Of a stretch of 64,000 nt of DNA, positions 30,786-39,831 are shown piece by piece. Made by a program: the position numbers and the translations under genes. The stretch is from an uncultured Puniceicoccaceae bacterium. GTDB lineage: Bacteria; Verrucomicrobiota; Verrucomicrobiia; Opitutales; Oceanipulchritudinaceae. Location of the stretch: positions 64,001-128,000 of the forward strand of contig CAWVVV010000003.1 in NCBI GenBank assembly GCA_963933835.1, given 5' to 3'. The notes under the pieces were generated by a model, which saw nothing but the letters and a program-made list of their open reading frames with translations, did no database searches and had not been told where the DNA came from. Position 1 is the first letter of the stretch; every line of letters starts with the position of its first letter.

Positions 30786-30980
30786 GTATCTAGAGACAGA
30801 AACTCAAGCTAGAACACGAAAAAAATCCATTTTGAGTCTGCGTAGTGATGATGTCACTTCCGTCCTCATTTCAGGCGCCGAACCTTAGCTGCAAACATGC
30901 TTGCGATAGATCGGATGAAGAACGGGACGCTAGAAAAGAATCAACCAACCTCAGCCCATAGATAACAGAAACGCTCTAAA

Positions 30981-33119
30981 CTACTGTCTCAAATTCTGCT
31001 CAATTGAGTATTTAAGTTGCCGGTAAGCAGCGTTGTTCGGCGCGAGTGTTATAGCTTGGTTGATTGCATCCATCGCGGCAGGCCAGTTTCTTAGCTTCGT
31101 ATAAGCCAAAGCTAGGTTGTATAACCAACGATCTTGGCTGGGGTCTTTTTCCAAGCCCACTAGCAGTCGGTTCGCTGACTGCTCAAAATCACCTCTCTCG
31201 GCCCACAGAAGGCCTTCGGCATAGTAGATAAGTCCTGTTGATCTAGCGACCTCTGGTGCTGACCTCAGGACATCAAAGGCATCTTCAATACGCCCCCCTT
31301 GATCCAGTATGATAGCGCCTTGAAAGTAGACTTCCGGATTAACCGAATCGAAGCCGATTGCTCGTTTAACGTAACGACGGGCTTTTTCTAAATCATTTTC
31401 GCTCACGGCTCTGGCCGCCATCTGTAAGGCAACTCTCGGACGATCTGCATTGGCCGTAAGATATTCCGCATGGTCTGCCTCCCCCTCAGCGGGGAAAACG
31501 CCTCGAGCAGCAAGGACTTCAATCGCTTCAAACCTCACCATGCGCGCTGTATCCTGTAGGAACACCATCAATTGACTGCTAGAGATTTCGCCTGCTGCCA
31601 GCAATTGCACGGCTGCTGCGCGCAAAACAGGTGCCTCATCGGTTAAGTAGGGTTGCACCCAATCGGTTAACTGTGAGGCCTCCGGGCTCTGAGCAAGCAT
31701 CCTTAGATAGGTCGCTTTCCAGTAAGCTTGGTCCGTAGATTCAAATTCTTCGATGATTGCTACGGTTGGGTAAGGCGCAAAAAGGTCGTAGGCCAGAGTG
31801 AGTGTCCGTGCTCGCTTACGACGTTCATCGCGTCGTGGACTATCATACCACTGGTCCGCATGCTCAACGAGCCATTGCAAAGGTTTGTCTTCATGACAAT
31901 TCACGCACACATCGGGACTATTGATTTCATTGCTAAGCTCCGGATCCGGACTGATGAATCCGTGGTCTCGCCGAGGATCACGGCCCATATAGGTTCGTAG
32001 TGGCATATGACACTCGATACACTGATTACCGGTTGATCCCGCTGGATGATGAGAATGCGCAACTGGGTTGATAATCGGAGCGCTCAAAGCACCCGTTTCA
32101 TGACACCTCTGGCAAAGAGCATTATTACTCGCAGGCAAGATGAGATCGTGACTGTGCGAGTCGTGGCAGTCTAGGCAGGTAACACCAGCATGCCCCATTC
32201 GTGATAACATGAATGAACTGTAGACGTAGTTTTCATCCTGATTTTGACCATCCGGAAAAAACACATTCGGGGCATCCGGAAGACTTAAACGAAAGTGATC
32301 ATAAAACCGGTCTCCAGCTTTGAATTTATCTGCGGTCAATTGACCACGCCGAGAGTGGCAAGTGGCGCAGTTCTCCATCGCCAGAGCGGGCGAATGAGAC
32401 TGCAAATCAGCCCCCATGTATTCACCCTTCTCAGCCGCAATCGTGTGCGCTTCACTGTTCGCATGGCACTGTAAGCAGGAGACCCCCTGGGCCACCCATG
32501 TACTCGAGTAAACATCGAGATCTATGTCATAATTTTTCTGATACACGGTCATATGGCACGATGCACAGTTTGAATTCCAGTTCATCCCCTGTCCGCTCCA
32601 ATGCCCCCATTCTCCGGGCTGCCTACCCTCATCACCATAAATATTAAACCATTCTTCTGCATTCGTATCAAAAGCCAGTTCATGCGCCTGCCATCGTCCC
32701 CCCCCTGCTGGCTTAAGATATTGAATCAAGGGTTCGACCCCGATGACACCTTCAGCCTCTCCTAGCGGTGAGGCCTTAATACCAGGGCCTTCAATACGTA
32801 AGGCGTTACCTGCCGTCTTTGGTTCATAGCTGGAATCAGATATTGAAACAGAGGGGTGAAAATTAACCGCATCGTGATCGATATCGATCAGGCGATTTGC
32901 AACCGCATGCTGACTCGCTTTCCAAGATTCGACGGCCTCTTCGTGACACGGGAGACAACGTCCAGGCCCCGTAAATTCATTTTTCTCGGGAAAATGAGTC
33001 TCTGGCATGTATCCAATCGTTTGTTCGCTCTTCTCTTTTGGTCCACAAGCCACGAACGCAAAGAAGCCAGGTAGCACCAGCGCAAAGCTCACGATGAGAA
33101 ATAGCCTTTTAATCCACAT
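30981..33119 (-). CDS. multiheme c-type cytochrome with HEAT/TPR C-terminus
   Basis: Eight CxxCH (CLPCH, CASCH, CLQCH, CATCH, CLDCH, CQRCH, CIECH, CVNCH), possible lipobox FVAC, helical repeats. Confidence 0.92.
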   Translation of the reverse strand: MWIKRLFLIVSFALVLPGFFAFVACGPKEKSEQTIGYMPETHFPEKNEFTGPGRCLPCHEEAVESWKASQHAVANRLIDIDHDAVNFHPSVSISDSSYEPKTAGNALRIEGPGIKASPLGEAEGVIGVEPLIQYLKPAGGGRWQAHELAFDTNAEEWFNIYGDEGRQPGEWGHWSGQGMNWNSNCASCHMTVYQKNYDIDLDVYSSTWVAQGVSCLQCHANSEAHTIAAEKGEYMGADLQSHSPALAMENCATCHSRRGQLTADKFKAGDRFYDHFRLSLPDAPNVFFPDGQNQDENYVYSSFMLSRMGHAGVTCLDCHDSHSHDLILPASNNALCQRCHETGALSAPIINPVAHSHHPAGSTGNQCIECHMPLRTYMGRDPRRDHGFISPDPELSNEINSPDVCVNCHEDKPLQWLVEHADQWYDSPRRDERRKRARTLTLAYDLFAPYPTVAIIEEFESTDQAYWKATYLRMLAQSPEASQLTDWVQPYLTDEAPVLRAAAVQLLAAGEISSSQLMVFLQDTARMVRFEAIEVLAARGVFPAEGEADHAEYLTANADRPRVALQMAARAVSENDLEKARRYVKRAIGFDSVNPEVYFQGAIILDQGGRIEDAFDVLRSAPEVARSTGLIYYAEGLLWAERGDFEQSANRLLVGLEKDPSQDRWLYNLALAYTKLRNWPAAMDAINQAITLAPNNAAYRQLKYSIEQNLRQ

Positions 33120-33233
33120 TCAGGCTATAATCCTAGGTATATTGTTGAGGTCAATAAACGGGTTCCTCTCAATTCCGAAGACATAAGGGCATCAAGACCC
33201 GCGCCATGACCAGCCTTCAGCAATTTTCTATGC

Positions 33234-35090
33234 TCAGGCTTCGTAGGGCAGTCGGATAATAAAAGCTGAACCATCGCCGGGGCGACTCGTGCATGTAATG
33301 GAACCTTTATACATTTCCACTAGTTTTGAGCAAAGCGCCAATCCCATCCCAAGGCCTTCGTGAGCACGGTCCGTCGACATGTCACTAGCTGAAAACGGCT
33401 GAAAAAGCGTATCTATTTCATCCTTTGTAAGACCAATTCCGGTGTCGGAGACCGTAACGCATAACATGCTTTTATCTACGTCACAGTTGACCTCGAAGTC
33501 GACGCTACCCTCAGAGGTAAACTTTACCGCATTATCAAGCACGTAGCCGATGATCTTTTCATAGTCCTGCCCGGGCAGTTGGACGGCCTCAAGGCACTCG
33601 TCTGTAAAGGTTGTCCGAAACTCCAGTCCTGCGATTTGCGCAGCATCGGCATACGCGCAAATCGAGTCTTCGAAATAGTCCCTGAGCTCAACTGGCTGAC
33701 TTACCTCTAACGGCGAGGCCGAGCCGAGATCAATATAGTCCACTACGCTATTCACCACTTGCAATAAGTTGCGCGCCCCTTCCTCGATCATCTCAAGGCG
33801 CTCATCCTCTTCCTCCTTGCTCTCTGCGCCACGAAGTAACTCAGAGAAGCCTAAAATCGCATTCATCGGGGTGCGGAGCTCATGGCCCACAATTTGAAGA
33901 AATTCTGATTTTGCGCGGTTTGCCTTCTCCATCGCTTCCATCGCTTCAAGGAGCCCTTTCTCTGCCTCAACGCGCTCGCTTACATCGTGAATGATCGCCA
34001 CAAAGCGAGCAACACCCGGTTCTGCGAGATCGAGGGGGAACAGTGAAACATCCGCCCAGAAATCCGAACCGGAACGACTCTTACAAGGCACCGTAAGAAA
34101 GTTACTCTGCCCTAGCTGGATCGCAGTGCTGAGGGTTTGGGAAAAACTGGAAACATCGGCCGCGTTATCCAACGCCGTGAGATCAAGTCCGACCGTCTCC
34201 TCCATGCTATACCCACTCATCTGCTCCCAGCAGGGATTCGCTGACCGGATTCTTGGATGCGCATCGTCTTTCCCCATCTCTAGGATCACAATTGCGCTCG
34301 AAGCACGCTCTACCAGCTCTCGCTGTAACTGCATAAACTCCAATGCGCGCTCACGCCTCGAAATATCATTCACCGCGATGATCCACCGCATTCGCGACTC
34401 CGTCGAGTCACCCACAACACGACACCGCAGTTCGACCGAAATAGCCCGCTGATCACCCCGCGACCAATGTGCCTCAGCATACAACTCCCGCTGACTTTCC
34501 GATGATAATGTCTCCAGCAGGAACTGCTGGGCCATGGCGGCATCTGACCAAAAATCACTTATCGGCAAGGCCAAGAGCCCATCCTTAGTGATACCCACAA
34601 GACTTGAAAAAGCGTCATTGAATTGGACGAGGACCCCATTCTCGACCACGGCCATAGCACCCGGCAATTGATTCAGCCCAAACTCGTCCGCTAGCGAATG
34701 CGCCATCGTGTGGTCGATGTGCCCTCTCCCAACCGCCGGCCAAGGATCTTCGAGAAAGGCGTCCCAAGACTTCACTTTGAGTGCCTTACCGAAGGCACGC
34801 TCCATCCAGCGATGGTTTGTGAGCCAAGTCGCATCTGCGGCCCATGGGCCATTCCAGCCCATACGCCTTGCCTGCAAAAGCAGCCTCTCCACATCCACGA
34901 CAGGGATTGAATGTACCGCAAGCGCAGCCATCGGAGATGCTTTAAGCGCCTGAAGGAGCGTCTCTGGACGTTCGTGTATCGAACAAGCTTCGCCACCGCC
35001 TCGGCTGTAAACCGGTCCCGCGACCGGCCAAAGCACGTGCCAAAGCGTAGCGGCCGACGCCTCCGGAAAGCTCGCAGTAAGATTGTTCAC
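33234..35090 (-). CDS. PAS-domain sensor histidine kinase
   Basis: Two PAS-like domains, HELRTPMNAILG, DNAVKFT, DTGIG, GLGMGL. Confidence 0.93.
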   Translation of the reverse strand: MNNLTASFPEASAATLWHVLWPVAGPVYSRGGGEACSIHERPETLLQALKASPMAALAVHSIPVVDVERLLLQARRMGWNGPWAADATWLTNHRWMERAFGKALKVKSWDAFLEDPWPAVGRGHIDHTMAHSLADEFGLNQLPGAMAVVENGVLVQFNDAFSSLVGITKDGLLALPISDFWSDAAMAQQFLLETLSSESQRELYAEAHWSRGDQRAISVELRCRVVGDSTESRMRWIIAVNDISRRERALEFMQLQRELVERASSAIVILEMGKDDAHPRIRSANPCWEQMSGYSMEETVGLDLTALDNAADVSSFSQTLSTAIQLGQSNFLTVPCKSRSGSDFWADVSLFPLDLAEPGVARFVAIIHDVSERVEAEKGLLEAMEAMEKANRAKSEFLQIVGHELRTPMNAILGFSELLRGAESKEEEDERLEMIEEGARNLLQVVNSVVDYIDLGSASPLEVSQPVELRDYFEDSICAYADAAQIAGLEFRTTFTDECLEAVQLPGQDYEKIIGYVLDNAVKFTSEGSVDFEVNCDVDKSMLCVTVSDTGIGLTKDEIDTLFQPFSASDMSTDRAHEGLGMGLALCSKLVEMYKGSITCTSRPGDGSAFIIRLPYEA

Positions 35091-35098
35091 TTATGAAT

Positions 35099-35125
35099 AT
35101 ATCGGACGCACTCGATGCCCCTTGA
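35099..35125 (-). promoter_or_regulatory. sigma28-like promoter of the kinase
   Basis: TCAA-N15-TCCGATAT, 8 nt before the GTG start. Confidence 0.6.
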
Positions 35126-35271
35126 GAAACCCCTTTTGTAGAAAAGCACCCAAAGCCCCTAAAGGCCTCGTAAGCAAGGACCTACATATCCAGCCCTCCG
35201 AAAGGCCGCATCTCAACCCCTTAGACCGCCCGCATCGCTATGGTGAGGCCCCCTAAATCCAAGGGACGGAC

Positions 35272-35299
35272 TAAAGTAGTCACTTGAGCCAACCGATAA
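35272..35299 (+). promoter_or_regulatory. sigma28-like promoter of cheW-cheD
   Basis: TAAA-N16-ACCGATAA. Confidence 0.62.
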
Positions 35300-35325
35300 T
35301 ACTCTCAGGAAACCACTCTATATCT

Positions 35326-35826
35326 ATGTCCGCTGAACCCCCTACAATTGATACAAAAAAGCCGAGGACAGGGAAGTTTTTGACCTTCAAACTCAGCACT
35401 GAGACCTACGCGGTCGAAGTCCTGAAGATAAAGGAAATCATCCGAATGCAACGGATAAAACCCGTGCCGCACCTGCCAGCGTATATGAAAGGCATCATCA
35501 ACCTTCGCGGCAAAGTCATTCCCGTTGTCGATCTTCGCATGAAGGTCGGCCTCGATACCAATGAAGAGACAGAGCGCACTTGTGTCATCGTCGCTCAAGT
35601 CCACCTCAACGACGAAAGCCCCGTTGCCCCCGTCGGCATGATCGTCGATGCCGTTGAAGAGGTCCTGAATATTTCTGAGGAACACGTAGTGAATAACCCA
35701 AACATCGGCTCGAATTTTGATAACCGCTTCATCCAAGGCCTGGCGAAAATCAATGACTCGATCGTTACGCTGCTAGAGATCGACCGTCTATTTAGCGAAG
35801 ATGATGCCCTCACTATGCAGGCCTAG
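35326..35826 (+). CDS. cheW: chemotaxis coupling protein CheW
   Basis: KFLTFKL, GIINLRGKVIPVVDLR, GMIVDAVEEV. Confidence 0.96.
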   Translation: MSAEPPTIDTKKPRTGKFLTFKLSTETYAVEVLKIKEIIRMQRIKPVPHLPAYMKGIINLRGKVIPVVDLRMKVGLDTNEETERTCVIVAQVHLNDESPVAPVGMIVDAVEEVLNISEEHVVNNPNIGSNFDNRFIQGLAKINDSIVTLLEIDRLFSEDDALTMQA

Positions 35827-35858
35827 GATTTCGAACACATCTCTTTACGAAAATCAAC

Positions 35859-36392
35859 GTGAGCACCTCCTTTTCAAATCCCGTGAACACGAACGACCGT
35901 CTCATCGTCGGCGTAGGTGAGCTCATCGTCACAAATTTGCAGGATATCACGGTCAGCACCTATGCACTCGGGGCGTGTGTAGCACTCGTCGGCTATGAGC
36001 CAAAACTAAAAGTCGGGGGCATCATCCATCTCATGCTTCCGACGCGAAGACTCGATAGCTCTGGCCAGACCTCGTCCCCCGCACGGTTTGTCGACAGCGG
36101 TATCCCTATGTTCTTTCAGGCAATGCGAAAAATGGGCGCGATGCCTCGCAACCTCAACCTTGCACTCTTCGGTGGAGCGAACCCGCAGAAGAATCAAAAC
36201 GACCACTTCAAAATCGGACAACGCAACACAGAGTTATCGATGCGTATGCTCCAAAAATTCCAACTTGAAGTCTCCTACACGGACCTCGGAGGCTTCGAAA
36301 ACCGAACGATCCACCTGACTTTAAAAACTGGAGGAGTCGTCGTCCGTCGCCCAAGCGGCAACTTGAACTACGACATGAATAAGTTTCCCTAG
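35859..36392 (+). CDS. cheD: chemoreceptor glutamine deamidase CheD
   Basis: TYALGACV, GIIHLMLP, RFVDSG, FGGA, IGQRN, DLGG...RTI. Confidence 0.92.
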   Translation: MSTSFSNPVNTNDRLIVGVGELIVTNLQDITVSTYALGACVALVGYEPKLKVGGIIHLMLPTRRLDSSGQTSSPARFVDSGIPMFFQAMRKMGAMPRNLNLALFGGANPQKNQNDHFKIGQRNTELSMRMLQKFQLEVSYTDLGGFENRTIHLTLKTGGVVVRRPSGNLNYDMNKFP

Positions 36393-36421
36393 TCTAGTCT
36401 GACAAATTTCCTCACAACCCG

Positions 36422-36901
36422 CTACCCTTCTATCTGACGAAGGGCTTCGTAGGCGGCGATGCCAACACTCGTCGAGAGGTTCAAGGAGCGCAGAGGCTCT
36501 TCGCTGAAGCGTGGCAAGGTGGTTTTGCGCGTTTCCTCAATCGTTTCATGTAGCCACGACGGACAGCCATGACCTTCGTTACCAAAGAGCAGCCCGTCGC
36601 CGCGTTGAAAGTCGGCCGACCAGTAGCTCTGCTTAGATCGCGTAGTAAACATCCAAATACGATCGATCGGTGGTGAAGCCTCAGACTTCAAAAAGGCTTC
36701 CCAGTCATCGTGGAAATGCAAATCAAGCGTCTTCCAATAATCCATTCCACTGCGACGCAGATGCCGATCAGTGATCGTAAAGCCAAGGGGGCGAATGAGG
36801 TGAAGTCGGATATCAGTGTAAGCGCATAGACGGCCCACGTTGCCCGTATTCTGAGGAATCTCTGGATTAAAGAGGATGATGTGACAACGCGGCTCTTCCA
36901 T
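36422..36901 (-). CDS. trmL: tRNA (cytidine/uridine-34 2'-O)-methyltransferase
   Basis: PEIPQNTGN, RRSGMDYW, FGNEGHG, RSLNLS. Confidence 0.94.
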   Translation of the reverse strand: MEEPRCHIILFNPEIPQNTGNVGRLCAYTDIRLHLIRPLGFTITDRHLRRSGMDYWKTLDLHFHDDWEAFLKSEASPPIDRIWMFTTRSKQSYWSADFQRGDGLLFGNEGHGCPSWLHETIEETRKTTLPRFSEEPLRSLNLSTSVGIAAYEALRQIEG

Positions 36902-36915
36902 TCGAATACACCAGC

Positions 36916-37392
36916 CTAATACTTCTGCCGCTCACGCATCATGCGCTGAGCCTCGCGCAGGTCTTCCCGCTTCTTGATGTCTTCACGTTTGTCGAACTGC
37001 TTCTTCCCTCGAGCCAGACCAATCTCAACTTTGACCAAGCCCTGCTTAAAATACAGCCGCAGCGGTATCACCGTCCGCCCCCCTGCGATCACCTCGTGCT
37101 GCCACTTGGTAATCTCGTTCTTTTTCATCAAGAGCTTGCGCGGGCGATGAGGCTTGTGGTTAGCAAAGTTGCCGAAGGCATATTCTGCGATGTGCGCATG
37201 GTAGAGCATCGGGATGTCCCGCTCAAAGCGAACGAAGGTATCCTTGAGCTGTCCTTGTCCCGCCCGCAGCGATTTAACCTCGGTCCCGGTCAAAACGACT
37301 CCGCACTCAAGCGTCGCATCGATAAAGTAATCGCGATGCGCACTGGAGTTTCGAATCTCCTTGTAGCGGTTAGTGTCGTTTTTCTTAGCCAT
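36916..37392 (-). CDS. smpB: SsrA-binding protein
   Basis: GVVLTGTEVKSLR, RKLLM, GKKQFDKRE. Confidence 0.97.
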   Translation of the reverse strand: MAKKNDTNRYKEIRNSSAHRDYFIDATLECGVVLTGTEVKSLRAGQGQLKDTFVRFERDIPMLYHAHIAEYAFGNFANHKPHRPRKLLMKKNEITKWQHEVIAGGRTVIPLRLYFKQGLVKVEIGLARGKKQFDKREDIKKREDLREAQRMMRERQKY

Positions 37393-37494
37393 GGGGAGTG
37401 CGATCGCGAGAAATGGCGAGGTCTAGATATAGCGAACGCCGGTGGTGATACCGGCGTCCATAAAAAGTGTCGTTTATGTCGAAACGAACCTCGC

Positions 37495-37710
37495 CTATGC
37501 TTTCTTCTCTTCTTCTTCGAAGAGTTCGTAAGTGATCTTACCGTCGATCACTTCCTTCAAAGCAGTCTCCTCGGGGCTAAGGCGCTCAAAGGACTCAACG
37601 AGGGGCTTTTGCCCCTGCTTGAATTGCTTCACGCGACGAGAAATCACATTGATGAGAATATTCGGGTCTGGAATGACCTTCTGGGCGGCTTTAATGAGTT
37701 CGTCTTTCAC
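37495..37710 (-). CDS. rpoZ: RNA polymerase omega subunit
   Basis: 71 aa; LINVISRRVKQF..G.KPLV and TALKEVIDGKI. Confidence 0.88.
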   Translation of the reverse strand: MKDELIKAAQKVIPDPNILINVISRRVKQFKQGQKPLVESFERLSPEETALKEVIDGKITYELFEEEEKKA

Positions 37711-37857
37711 GGCTGGTATCTACGTAAACGTCGGTAAATTGAAACAAACCTCACAAAGTGGATAGCCCCCTCTTAGCTGGCAAGAGTGAACTGAAGTGAA
37801 TTCTGACGCTCTGCTTTTCCAATTTACTCGGCTCATCGATGCCTTCAATTTCCTCGT

Positions 37858-38940
37858 GTGACCGCTACCCCCGATCCATTTGCGACGAAGAAGAAGCCGA
37901 TGTACAAGCCAGGGCCGAAGCTCCTGCATTACCTCGCGCACTACAATCGGATCTTTGAGCTTCCTGTGAGCTATAGCCGATTGACCGAGTGGCATGAGAC
38001 GATGCCACTCTTCGATGAAAATGGAGAGGATACGCTTTGGCGCACACTCATTTATCGACCTGAGGTAATGCAGCGGCTGAACAAGCACCTGACCTCGATC
38101 TACATGCTGCTAAAAACCGACGGTGATGATTCGGTCGGCGATCACCTCTTTGTCGACCGCATCGACTACTGCACCTTCGGAAACAGCAATCCGTTCCGCA
38201 TCCGCATCGTCAATTCCTACAACGACAATCAGGACTACTACTATATCAAGAAACTCGATGCATCCCGCATCATTGGCCTAGAAATCGAGCACCTACTCTC
38301 ATCAAATCGGATGCACTACTACGTGTCTGATGATATTATGATTGAAGAGCATGTAGTAGGAATCCCCGGCGACCAGTTCATCGACAACTGGATGACCCAG
38401 CCTCAGTTCAAGCGCATCCGGCTTGCAAAAGAACTCGTGAAGTTCAATGAACGCTGCTTCTTGCGCCTGCTTGGCGATATGCGGTCCTACAACTTTGTCC
38501 TCGATATGACTCCTGATTTCGAAGAAGTCCAAATCAAGATTCGAGCAATGGACTTCGATCAACAAAGCTATTCGGGGCGATTAAACTTTTACCGCCCTCA
38601 ATTCTTTAAAGAGAACAATCCACTCGTCCAATTTTGCATGGAACAGTTGAACGTGCCCTCAGCGTTGCAGTATCGACAGGAAGAACAAACAACCATTTAT
38701 CGACGGATCATGTCTAGTCGGGCCAGAGTAAACGATCTCATTAGCTGTATTAAGACTCAGCAAGTTTCCTCACCTGAAAAAGTCATCGAACTGCGAGAAG
38801 GTCTCGCGAATCACTACGAAAACGACGAATTCCTCAAATGTGAAAATATGGGGGCACTGCTCGACGAAAGCCTCATCCAAATCCGCGACAACCTTCAGCG
38901 TGTTAAGGATAAACGCGCATCCATTTATCCCCTAGACTAG
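37858..38940 (+). CDS. hypothetical protein with kinase-like motifs
   Basis: 360-aa ORF (ATG 37900 is an alternative start); YYIKK, LLGDMRSYNF, AMDFD. Confidence 0.8.
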   Translation: MTATPDPFATKKKPMYKPGPKLLHYLAHYNRIFELPVSYSRLTEWHETMPLFDENGEDTLWRTLIYRPEVMQRLNKHLTSIYMLLKTDGDDSVGDHLFVDRIDYCTFGNSNPFRIRIVNSYNDNQDYYYIKKLDASRIIGLEIEHLLSSNRMHYYVSDDIMIEEHVVGIPGDQFIDNWMTQPQFKRIRLAKELVKFNERCFLRLLGDMRSYNFVLDMTPDFEEVQIKIRAMDFDQQSYSGRLNFYRPQFFKENNPLVQFCMEQLNVPSALQYRQEEQTTIYRRIMSSRARVNDLISCIKTQQVSSPEKVIELREGLANHYENDEFLKCENMGALLDESLIQIRDNLQRVKDKRASIYPLD

Positions 38941-38969
38941 GATGCGAGAAAAACGGGGGATTGTGATTA

Positions 38970-39506
38970 CTACAATCCGGCCAAGCTTGGTTCGTCATCT
39001 CGATTCAAGATATCGTCACTTGTGAAAAGTGTTTGATCAGGACCAGCGGACCTCACTTCAAGCTCATCAGCCCTCACCGCATGCACATGGTATGGCTGTC
39101 CCCAGCGGTCGAGCAAGAGACCTTCAGAAATCGCTAGATTGGCAGGGGACATAAAGCGCACGCCAAATCGCCCCGGCTCCGTCAGAGCGAGGACGACTTC
39201 CTCGTTGAGCCCTATCGGGCGGCGATTCCCCTTCGCCATAAGCAAATAGTCATCGATCAGTCCCTCCAAGAGGCGAACGTCTTCAACCGGAGACCGCGAC
39301 GGGTCGTTCAGAAGCGCCAAAGCGGGCGATTCTATAACTGGAACTGATTTTGTTCTCTCAGGATAGACGGTCTCTGTGGTTGCCTGCGAAGGCTCATCCC
39401 TCTCCCCGCTCGGCTTCGTCCCTTCGATCATAAGGTTGCCAAGATACCAACAACCCACGCCAAGGGCGCAAACGAGTAGCAAAGGAAAAAAGTCAGAACG
39501 CTTCAT
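38970..39506 (-). CDS. membrane-anchored protein with GspG-like C-terminal motif
   Basis: N-terminal TM helix; LLDRWGQPY...RSAGPD...SDD; no prepilin cleavage site. Confidence 0.7.
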   Translation of the reverse strand: MKRSDFFPLLLVCALGVGCWYLGNLMIEGTKPSGERDEPSQATTETVYPERTKSVPVIESPALALLNDPSRSPVEDVRLLEGLIDDYLLMAKGNRRPIGLNEEVVLALTEPGRFGVRFMSPANLAISEGLLLDRWGQPYHVHAVRADELEVRSAGPDQTLFTSDDILNRDDEPSLAGL

Positions 39507-39831
39507 GTAGATAGAACAGTTTGAGGACTAAGCCTTTCAAACCGATACCAGAAACTGTTTGATAACTATTACTAAATTAAGCGGAAAATACGTAAAACTA
39601 GGCGTATTTATAAAGGAATCCCTTCAGGGCGGCGATTTTACAACAAAACGAGAGGAAGGCCTCAAAAGTCTGTTTTGGGGTCCGCATCCAATCCAAACCG
39701 TACTAAACTAGGCATACAGCCAGAACCAGGGCTCATTGAGTCTTCAAAAAGCAATATTTAATAATTATAAAAGGAATTAATAATTAGAGGGTGGCGGAAG
39801 CTCACTGAAATTTCAGCCGTTCTGAAATCAC

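Noticed and set aside
30749..30980. Genomic island integrated at tRNA-Asp
   Set aside because: No integrase and no repeat of the tRNA 3' end seen in the window.
39755..39790. dif site or replication origin
   Set aside because: No XerC/XerD arm match and no DnaA-box cluster.
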